NCBI GenBank assembly: GCA_041601615.1 | Contig: JBFIHX010000013.1 | Coordinates: forward strand, 1-64,000 | From: Thermoplasmatota archaeon | GTDB lineage: Archaea > Thermoplasmatota > E2 > JACPAO01 > JAHFTW01 | DNA length: 64,000 bases | Direction of reading: 5' to 3' | Part shown: positions 56,919-64,000 of the stretch, one piece after another | How positions within the stretch are numbered: the first letter of the stretch is position 1 | How the letters are laid out: every line of letters begins with the position of its first letter | Program-made: the position numbers and the translations under genes | The notes under the pieces: model-generated | Seen by the model: only the letters and a program-made list of their open reading frames with translations | The model's database searches: none | What the model was told of the DNA's origin: nothing

Positions 56919-58150
56919 TGGTTTACACTCCCTTGGGCGCACTGGACGTTATCAAGTGGGAATTTCAATTCTTGGAGCGCCAAAGTCCGAATTGCAGGAA
57001 GATGACTCCAAGTGTATTCGGGGTCGGCTGCATCAACAGCTTGTTTGAGTTCCATCGAGAATTTTTCGGTCAATAAGTCCCTTTGTTCACTTCGATGAAG
57101 GGCGATGAGATACTGCGCCTCCTCCACCGTAGGGAGTTTTCGACTCTCGAATAAGGTGTAGTATTCAGTTATCCATATTGCCTCCATCAATGAGTATAGG
57201 GCGCCGAACGGCTCATCAATCGCTAAAAAATACTCATAGTCCTTCTTTAAATCATCTTCAAGGTTTAGTTCTATCCTACCTTCATATCCAAATTCCTCCT
57301 TTTGTCTGGCAGTAGAAATCAATTGGTTGATTTTTTCACCGGCCAGCTGAAAGTAATCTATCGACTTATCGCCTTCACAGGTCCCCCCATCCCATGGATA
57401 GGCATTGATGAATCTGTAAAGAGCGTCAGAATTGGTTTGCGCAAACATTGCATTGGCAAACGCCAAATGCAAGCCATTCACAATATCCTCGTCATTTGCC
57501 CCATTGTTAGCCATTTCAATTGTCTGACGATAGTATTCTTCCGATATAGAAATTAAAGCATCTGCATATGATCTCGCCCGGAGCAGAATCATGTAAACCT
57601 CAAGTTGGACTATAGTGCCGGGTTTAGCCTTAACTTGCCATTCTTCATCCGTTTGATGAATTGAATCGATTGCATTTGCCCTCAATTCATCATACCTATC
57701 GAGGTAAGTTTTATTATTAAATGCTTTTTCGGCTTCATTTGGCGCTTCTTGAGCAGCACGACTAAAGCCACACTCATTCAACATCGAAAATATAATATTT
57801 AAATAATCTTCACCTATCGATTGCCGAATGTATGAATAGTTTCCTGGGTATGGACACCCATCGAGGAGTTCTTGTCCATAGTTATCGATGAAATTCTCCA
57901 ATTCGGCCAATTCAGCCGCGTCCTCCACATATGGAGCTGGTTCAGGAGGTTCCGGTGGAATCTGAAGGCCGAGGCCCCACGTCCGCACATAGGGGTCAAA
58001 CGGATGTTGGTTCGCATTCGGGTTTCGTGGTGGCAGACCTTCGGCATCCGCGAGGGAGTCAGGGCTTGGTGAAGCGCATCCAGCCAACGCAGTTAGGACG
58101 AAGAAGAGCACGGATGCGTAGGTAAGGAATCGAAGGGGGTGATTGACCAT
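56915..58150 (-). CDS. Putative lipoprotein, low-GC body
   Basis: ALAGC lipobox; AT-rich from about 57000 to 57900. Confidence 0.75.
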   Translation of the reverse strand: MVNHPLRFLTYASVLFFVLTALAGCASPSPDSLADAEGLPPRNPNANQHPFDPYVRTWGLGLQIPPEPPEPAPYVEDAAELAELENFIDNYGQELLDGCPYPGNYSYIRQSIGEDYLNIIFSMLNECGFSRAAQEAPNEAEKAFNNKTYLDRYDELRANAIDSIHQTDEEWQVKAKPGTIVQLEVYMILLRARSYADALISISEEYYRQTIEMANNGANDEDIVNGLHLAFANAMFAQTNSDALYRFINAYPWDGGTCEGDKSIDYFQLAGEKINQLISTARQKEEFGYEGRIELNLEDDLKKDYEYFLAIDEPFGALYSLMEAIWITEYYTLFESRKLPTVEEAQYLIALHRSEQRDLLTEKFSMELKQAVDAADPEYTWSHLPAIRTLALQELKFPLDNVQCAQGSVNQ

Positions 58151-58212
58151 GCCGTCACCTTAGTATGATTTTGTGGTTGAGGGGGGGTAGAGGGGGTAAA
58201 GGATGGGTCGCG

Positions 58213-59745
58213 TTATGACAGATACGCGATGACGGGTTCGCTCCAGGAGTACCAGCCGGAGGCATACTTGTAGTTCCCATTGGTCGCATATCGACCATAG
58301 CCCGTGACATAGTCCGCGCCTTCAAGGTTGAGGTTGAAGTAACCCTGACCGTAGAGCTCCATTGCGCCCTTTCCCTTCGTCATCACCTGATCCGCGTCGT
58401 TAGACGAGGACGCGCTGATGGACGCCTGAACGCCGATTCCGCGCCCCTGGAAGGAGTTAGTGACCGTATACCAGCTCTTCGTACAGTATTTGGTTGGAAT
58501 GCTGGCTCCCAAGATGCTCAAGGCCGACCCCATCTTCGACGTGGAGATGAGTGCGTTGACGGCAACGGCATCCACATCAAGGGAGCAACTCGATGTGAGT
58601 TTTCCCTTGCCCCAGGCGTAGTCTCCAACGCCAGAGACACGACCGTTGTTGAAGTCGTACCAGAATCCCTGGGCGGCGATGACGGTCACGATATGCCCTG
58701 TTGTGCAGCGACAACTGGAATAGTACCGGGAGTAGGTCGAGCCTTCAGCGTTGTTTTGGGTCTCCAGAGTGTAGGAGTAGCCGCTTCCTTGCTGGAACCA
58801 GTTGGGGCCGGTCCAGCCGTACCCGAAGCCGGACGGGCCCTGTTTCACGTCTTGGTAGCAGTCGTGGCCGTATACGAGGTCTGCACGCCACACCAACACG
58901 GACAGCTTCTGGTTCGTGGTCGAGTAGCGGCTTCCGGCTTGCTCATCACGGCGGGCAGTGGCGGGAGCGAAGTAGGCGTAGTTGTCTGGATTGCGCTGGC
59001 ACTTCTCGGCCTGGCTGTTGGCCTGGGTCTTGGCGGGTGCGGTGCCGTAGTTGTGGTTCGTCGGGACGTTCCACCCCTCCCACTGGTCGCGGGGGACGTA
59101 GATCTCCGGCAGCTTGTCAAGGAAGTTCTGCACCATTCCGCCGGGCTCGGCGGGTTGGACGTTGAAGACCGGAACGACGCCCCAATCCGCACCGCCCCCC
59201 ATCACGACCAAGTCGTCAAGGGGTTGCCCGCCGTCCCCGAGGGCTTTGGGTAGGAGGGACTGGACGCCCACGAAGGCATCCACCAACACACCGTCCACGT
59301 CGTAGGTGTTGAACGACACCTGGAGGGATTCCGGCACGTCCAGGTCGGTGAAGATGTTGGACCCCTCGTTGGGCTGGCGGTCTACCTCCTGGCCGTCGAT
59401 GACGAGGCCGATGCTGGACACCTCGCTCGGGTCGAAGCCCTTCACGACGAGATGCCACGGGTGCTCCTCCGCGAGCGCCTTCACCGAGGGCATGACGAAG
59501 AAGTCGAACCCATCTGCGACGTACTCGATGTAGGTCATCTGGATTGAGCCGGGCTGGAAGTCTACCAACCCTGCTGGGATGCCTACCGTCTCGCCCACGG
59601 AAGACGGGTTGGTTGGGTCCAGTTCGGTAGGGTTGGGCAGGGGCCTTGCAGCCGCCAGTGGCCCTGCAAGAAGCAGGACAGCGACCAACGCTACGGCGGC
59701 AATCCCGGCACGGGGCCCAGGTGCTATGTCTTGTTTCGGTTTCAT
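58213..59745 (-). CDS. Secreted Gly/Tyr/Ser-rich protein
   Basis: GGAG RBS, signal peptide, beta-rich C-terminal half. Confidence 0.7.
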   Translation of the reverse strand: MKPKQDIAPGPRAGIAAVALVAVLLLAGPLAAARPLPNPTELDPTNPSSVGETVGIPAGLVDFQPGSIQMTYIEYVADGFDFFVMPSVKALAEEHPWHLVVKGFDPSEVSSIGLVIDGQEVDRQPNEGSNIFTDLDVPESLQVSFNTYDVDGVLVDAFVGVQSLLPKALGDGGQPLDDLVVMGGGADWGVVPVFNVQPAEPGGMVQNFLDKLPEIYVPRDQWEGWNVPTNHNYGTAPAKTQANSQAEKCQRNPDNYAYFAPATARRDEQAGSRYSTTNQKLSVLVWRADLVYGHDCYQDVKQGPSGFGYGWTGPNWFQQGSGYSYTLETQNNAEGSTYSRYYSSCRCTTGHIVTVIAAQGFWYDFNNGRVSGVGDYAWGKGKLTSSCSLDVDAVAVNALISTSKMGSALSILGASIPTKYCTKSWYTVTNSFQGRGIGVQASISASSSNDADQVMTKGKGAMELYGQGYFNLNLEGADYVTGYGRYATNGNYKYASGWYSWSEPVIAYLS

Positions 59746-59835
59746 GGGTATGTCTCCATGTACGTGTGTCCAGGCCGTGCCATGCACGAAGCCTGACGGC
59801 CGCAGACAAGTACCTGCCAATAATAAGGCGAGTGT

Positions 59836-60393
59836 TTATCGGTGCAAAGTGTCTTGATTGGCCCGATACCAACAATTGTCCCGTTCGTATCGCATCATCT
59901 TCTGGGCCAGAGGGTGCAGAGGCATTGAGCACCAGGATGGATAGCGTGCAGTGCCAACACCCCGTTGCACCAGACCGACGTGCTCCAGCTTCGCAAGGCA
60001 GCGGCGAGCCTTCTCCCGGCTCCAGCCATGCTCCTCCGCCTCCCGAAACAGGTCCCGCTGCCTCCACGTCACCGACCGCAGAAGGGCGTACAGTTCGGCA
60101 GTGTCCGGGTCACGCAAAGCCGCGATATGCTTGCGAGCCGTGGCGTCCTTGACGTGGCCAGGATAGATACGCAAGGCCCCCAGAACAGACTCCTCCGCAA
60201 GCACACCGCCCTCGATCAAGTGCTGCCGGATCATGCGGGACCGGAGTTCCCCGGTCGGGACATGCCGCACCAAGGCCCGAAACGACGAACCAGGGTACTG
60301 GTGAGCCAATTCGACCATACCCACCGCTGCCTGCCGCTCCAAGGGGTCTTGAAACCGCTCAAGCTGAAGGCGCAGGTCCGGCTCGATGCCCAT
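59836..60393 (-). CDS. Double winged-helix regulator
   Basis: YPGSSFRAL..; WSREKARRCLAKLEHVGLV; same family as 49197-49763. Confidence 0.7.
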   Translation of the reverse strand: MGIEPDLRLQLERFQDPLERQAAVGMVELAHQYPGSSFRALVRHVPTGELRSRMIRQHLIEGGVLAEESVLGALRIYPGHVKDATARKHIAALRDPDTAELYALLRSVTWRQRDLFREAEEHGWSREKARRCLAKLEHVGLVQRGVGTARYPSWCSMPLHPLAQKMMRYERDNCWYRANQDTLHR

Positions 60394-60812
60394 CACGGTC
60401 GCGCCCTCCACAGCGGCAGGTCATCGAGGCTCGGCTCGCGCTCTCGGGCCTTTCGAGCCGCTGGCACAGAGAGGGGACGCCCAAGGGCCGGCACGCCGCC
60501 CCTGGCCGGCACCAGGGCGAGCATGGCATCCACGTCCAGGGATGCCAAGTGGCGAAGGATGTCGGTGGTCAGCAATGCGTGGCGGGCAGGCCCAAGTCCA
60601 CGTCGCGGCAGCAGACATTGGCCGTCCGCCCACAACGACCACTCCTCCAAGTCCGGGCAGCACATGATCTCGTGGACCCGGTGGATGAGTCCTTGACCGC
60701 CCCGGTGAGGCTCCAGACGACGCTCCAGCACGAACGCAAACCACATCGACCACCCCTGCGATGGGACCGCGACCTGAACCAAACGCGGCCCAGACGTTGC
60801 CATCGGGTTCAT
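60393..60812 (-). CDS. Hypothetical protein
   Basis: Coupled overlaps at both ends; GGAGG RBS. Confidence 0.55.
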   Translation of the reverse strand: MNPMATSGPRLVQVAVPSQGWSMWFAFVLERRLEPHRGGQGLIHRVHEIMCCPDLEEWSLWADGQCLLPRRGLGPARHALLTTDILRHLASLDVDAMLALVPARGGVPALGRPLSVPAARKAREREPSLDDLPLWRARP

Positions 60813-61186
60813 GGCCGCCTCCTTCGCCAGCGCGACGACCGGACAGCCAAGAAGGGCGGTTCATGGGGTAGGCGCTCCGAGTAGGGCAACGTCCTGATGG
60901 CCGAGTGGTCCAGGACTGCAATCAGGTACTCCAGGACGTAGGTTCGGTAGATGCGGTGGCCTCGAACGGAGTAGACGCGGCTGTCGGTGCCAAGCCATGC
61001 GACCATGCTCCCATCATCGAGATTCCGCAAGGTGTCCATGAGGTCGGCGTGGGCATGTCGAGGGGCGTGGTCGATCCACCTACCTTGGGCTGGCTGCAAG
61101 AGTCGCCACGCCTTCTTCGAGAAGGCGTTGCGCAGCCTCGCCTTCAAATCCTCCCAGATAATGAGAGAGTCATTCCACGCGCCCAC
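60809..61186 (-). CDS. Hypothetical protein
   Basis: GGAGG RBS; ATGA coupling. Confidence 0.55.
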   Translation of the reverse strand: MGAWNDSLIIWEDLKARLRNAFSKKAWRLLQPAQGRWIDHAPRHAHADLMDTLRNLDDGSMVAWLGTDSRVYSVRGHRIYRTYVLEYLIAVLDHSAIRTLPYSERLPHEPPFLAVRSSRWRRRRP

Positions 61187-61201
61187 AAGGATTCCTCCAG
61201 A

Positions 61202-61447
61202 TCAGCTCGGGCCAGGGATGGGGTGGTCGATGGGGGCGGTGATGAGCCCGCGCCCGATGAGCCGAACCAGATCATCCAGGGCGGGTTCCCGGCGCATGGT
61301 GTTTGAGGGGGCATCGAATCGCCATACCTCGCCTTCGCTGTCGATGCAAACGGGCGGGTATTTGCCGGCGAAGTGGAGCAGCGCCGATTGGTTGGGGTGG
61401 CGGCGGGCGAGATCGGCCCAGGACTCGGTTTCCGGCTCCAGGGACAT
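61202..61447 (-). CDS. Hypothetical protein
   Basis: Fits the minus-strand operon. Confidence 0.45.
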   Translation of the reverse strand: MSLEPETESWADLARRHPNQSALLHFAGKYPPVCIDSEGEVWRFDAPSNTMRREPALDDLVRLIGRGLITAPIDHPIPGPS

Positions 61448-61485
61448 GAACGAGTCCCGCGACTGTGTCGCGGGTGGCTGGCTCG

Positions 61486-61779
61486 TCACGAGCGCCACTC
61501 CTTGCCAGTTTTGCCGTCGTAGAGCCGCACCGTTCCAAGGTCATCCTGCCACGCCTCTACCACTCCCAACTCCAACAAGGTGTGCAGCGCCTGGACTTCC
61601 TTGTCGCAGTCTTCGGGCAAAAGATCCATCCACGACCCCGAGGGCGAGTAAAGCAGATACTCTTGGAGAATTGCTCCGTATTCGCCGCCCCGGCCCCGCG
61701 ATTCGTTGGCAACGAACCGACGTGGGCGGGCGTGTCTGGGCCGGGTGCGGGGATTCGACGGCTTGGCCTTGAAGGACAT
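61486..61779 (-). CDS. Hypothetical protein
   Basis: AGGA RBS; fits the operon. Confidence 0.45.
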   Translation of the reverse strand: MSFKAKPSNPRTRPRHARPRRFVANESRGRGGEYGAILQEYLLYSPSGSWMDLLPEDCDKEVQALHTLLELGVVEAWQDDLGTVRLYDGKTGKEWRS

Positions 61780-62207
61780 GATGATTCCTGCCAGAACATG
61801 GGGATGGAGAGGTCGAGCAGAGCGCCCGCACATCGGGGGCACAATCTACTCGGGCCAGAGGAGGAAAAGGGGTGCCACGCCCGATCCAAGCCAGAAGGAA
61901 TCGGCGCGGAGTCCCAATCCGCGACGCTTCGGTAGTGGTCCTCTAGGTTGGTCGGTGGTGTCTAGGATGGTGGTGCGGGTCGGACGTGGCGGGTGCTTGC
62001 AGCCGAGGCACGTCAGCGGCGGCGTTGGCAGTCGGGGGCGTGCCCCCCAGATTGGTGTTCACCTCCATGCGGTCTCCCGCTTAGTGACTGCGCAAGAGAC
62101 AGGAACTAGGATTCTTGTCTTAAGTTTTGCTCGGGATGAGTGGTAAATTTGGGGTGGGTGGAGGAGGTCGTCTTCCTTATTGCGGGGGGCTCATTCGCCA
62201 CGGTTGG

Positions 62208-62471
62208 ATGGCCCCGCGACGCGCTCTTGCCGCCAACTCGAAGACGCGAGGCTACGGCTACGAGATGACGCTGGATCAAGAGCGCGAGATGGAACGGGTG
62301 ATGGAAGAGTTGGGCTTGTGGCCCAACAAGAAGGCATTCCTGCGCGAGGCCATCAACAAGCTGATCCTGGAAGCGTCGCTGGCCGTGGCTGCGCGGGATG
62401 CCGGCGAAATCGAGCTTGACGAAGACCGGCCCGCCGGCATCCGAGAAGCCGTGCGGCAAGATCGAGGATAG
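62208..62471 (+). CDS. Ribbon-helix-helix-like regulator
   Basis: GYEMTLDQEREMERVMEELGLWPNKKAFLREAINKLI. Confidence 0.6.
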   Translation: MAPRRALAANSKTRGYGYEMTLDQEREMERVMEELGLWPNKKAFLREAINKLILEASLAVAARDAGEIELDEDRPAGIREAVRQDRG

Positions 62472-62480
62472 CCCGCAGAA

Positions 62481-64000
62481 TTAGAGGCCCCGGCGCGGGA
62501 ACGGCCCCACCCGGACGGCGGCCACGAGGCCGTCAAAGTCGTAGTCGTCCCAGAACTTCGCCTTGGCAAGGTACGCGGCCCTGCGGGGGTTCACGGCCCG
62601 TGCCTGACGCAGGAGCCGTACCGCCTCTTCTTCGTCCGTGCCGGCCACGAGTTGCGCTTCACCCATGAAGGCCGAGCATTGCAACACGGTCGTGTGCGCC
62701 TCGCGCTGGGCCCGAAGGTACGCCTCCCGCGCCTCCTCGGTTCGACCAAGCTCATGCAGAGCGATGCCCAAGAACAACGGCGCATAGGCGTTCTCGGGGT
62801 CCAACCGCATGGCCTTCCATGCTCGGCGCCGCGCTCGCTTGAACCGGCCATGCTCGGCGTCGGCCTCGGACATGATGCAGTAACCGACGCTGCGCTCCCC
62901 CCGGCGCGTCTCCGGCTCCCCCCGATCCAGTGGCGGCATGGAGTGGTTGTAGAGCGCCTTGAGCGGTTCGCGGTAGCGGTTCCAGCCAGCGGCGCCGACC
63001 ACCGCGATGCTGGCCAGGACGACCCACGGCACCCAAGACGCGGACGAAGCGGGGCCGGCGGGTGCCTGAACGACCGCCAGGGTGACACCGTCGCTGCTTG
63101 CGGCGCTCGTCTCGCCCACAATCGTCGCCGTGAAGGGCGACGTGGCGGGGTCGAGGGCAACGGTGTAGTCGCCGACGAGGTCCACATCCACGCCATCCAA
63201 GGGGTTGAGAATGCCGGGGAGGGTGCCTTCGACGTTCGTAAGGTGGAGTTCGCGAGCCTCCAGGCGAGGCTGCGCGATGAAAAGTTCGTAGGTCTGCGCG
63301 GTCAAGGGGATGCGTAGCGTGGCATCACGGGCGGTGATGTAGAGTTCATCGGCGCTGCCCGCGCCCGCCTCGGGCAAGCCGAAGCTACCCGCCGTGTCGT
63401 TGACGCCGCTGCGCTCCCTCTGCCCGTTCACGCTCATATCCCACTCCCAAGCCGTGACTGAGAAATTGCCCGTGACGACGGCCAGGGCCTCGGTGCAGGA
63501 GGCGACCTGGGCGGTGCCGGAGGCATCCACCGTCAAGGGGTTAGACCCGCCGTTCAAGGAGGGCAACCGGGTCCTTTCTTCACTGGATGGCTGTTGAAAC
63601 TTGGTACAGGCGCGGTGCCGGACCTCGATACTCGCTCCGTCGTCAAGGGGCGTGATCCAGAAGTGCAGTTCGGGTCGAGACTCCACGCCTTCGATAGTCG
63701 CAGGGCCGCCGGGTTGGATGGAGCGCGGTTCGGCCGGGGTACTCGTGGTCCGCACCTTGGCTTCGACGTGGTTGGCCGTCACGGTCACGTCGGAGCCGTC
63801 GAGGCGGAAGCCGTGCGCGGCGACCGGGAGGTCGGGCGTGAAGTGGTCGATGAGGAGGCCGACGAGGGTGCCCGACGTGTTGCCCGATGCCGCTTCAAGG
63901 GACTCGACCCGCACCTCGCCCTGGTCTTGCACGACCGCCAGCGCAGGGGCCGCAAGCAGCACGGCGATGACGAACAAGGCAAGGATCTTGGGTCGGTTCA
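62481..64000 (-). CDS. Secreted domain + TM + TPR protein; start probably at 64001
   Basis: The window end reads (A)TG AAC CGA CCC AAG; signal peptide, WEW motif, TM helix and clear TPRs (AMRLDPENAYA). Confidence 0.8.
   Translation of the reverse strand, partial: NRPKILALFVIAVLLAAPALAVVQDQGEVRVESLEAASGNTSGTLVGLLIDHFTPDLPVAAHGFRLDGSDVTVTANHVEAKVRTTSTPAEPRSIQPGGPATIEGVESRPELHFWITPLDDGASIEVRHRACTKFQQPSSEERTRLPSLNGGSNPLTVDASGTAQVASCTEALAVVTGNFSVTAWEWDMSVNGQRERSGVNDTAGSFGLPEAGAGSADELYITARDATLRIPLTAQTYELFIAQPRLEARELHLTNVEGTLPGILNPLDGVDVDLVGDYTVALDPATSPFTATIVGETSAASSDGVTLAVVQAPAGPASSASWVPWVVLASIAVVGAAGWNRYREPLKALYNHSMPPLDRGEPETRRGERSVGYCIMSEADAEHGRFKRARRRAWKAMRLDPENAYAPLFLGIALHELGRTEEAREAYLRAQREAHTTVLQCSAFMGEAQLVAGTDEEEAVRLLRQARAVNPRRAAYLAKAKFWDDYDFDGLVAAVRVGPFPRRGL

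Larger units (their letters stand above)
21926..64000. mobile_element. tRNA-integrated virus-like element (provirus); right end probably outside the window
   Basis: Integrase next to the tRNA 3' end; no housekeeping genes afterwards; ATPase, membrane structural module, RHH/wHTH regulators and Zn-finger micro-ORFs. No second att copy seen. Confidence 0.75.

Noticed and set aside
55743-59836. Further attC sites around the lipoprotein genes
   Set aside because: The intergenic gaps show no AAC...GTT stem by eye; a covariance search could still find weak ones.

Overview
Archaeal, GC-rich DNA, most likely an uncultured Thermoplasmatota. The assignment is inferred from proteasome genes, a PGF-CTERM protein, an A1-U72 initiator tRNA without encoded CCA, and double winged-helix regulators. 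Bases 1-21.9 kb are host chromosome: an unusual coupled proteasome beta-alpha pair, an M61 peptidase, two tandem copies of a divergent gene pair (membrane protein plus a large beta/gamma-crystallin, beta-trefoil, putative pore-forming protein), an alpha/beta hydrolase, a 2-oxoacid:ferredoxin oxidoreductase and a DEAD-box helicase. From tRNA-iMet (21851-21925) to the window end lies an integrated, virus-like element. It carries a tyrosine integrase, a histone-fold-like gene, a degenerate IS91/HUH-like Rep, an ATPase, many membrane and surface proteins and Zn-finger micro-ORFs. The main discovery is that this element carries integron-like gene cassettes: four attC-like sites and two copies of a 23-bp attI-like site. 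One cassette is about 6.7 kb and encodes a MORC/GHKL ATPase, a LAGLIDADG-like protein, a catalytically degenerate YprB/MrfB and a YprA/MrfA helicase, which together form a candidate new defence system. No IntI-type integrase is visible in the window. All family assignments come from motif recognition by eye; no searches were run.
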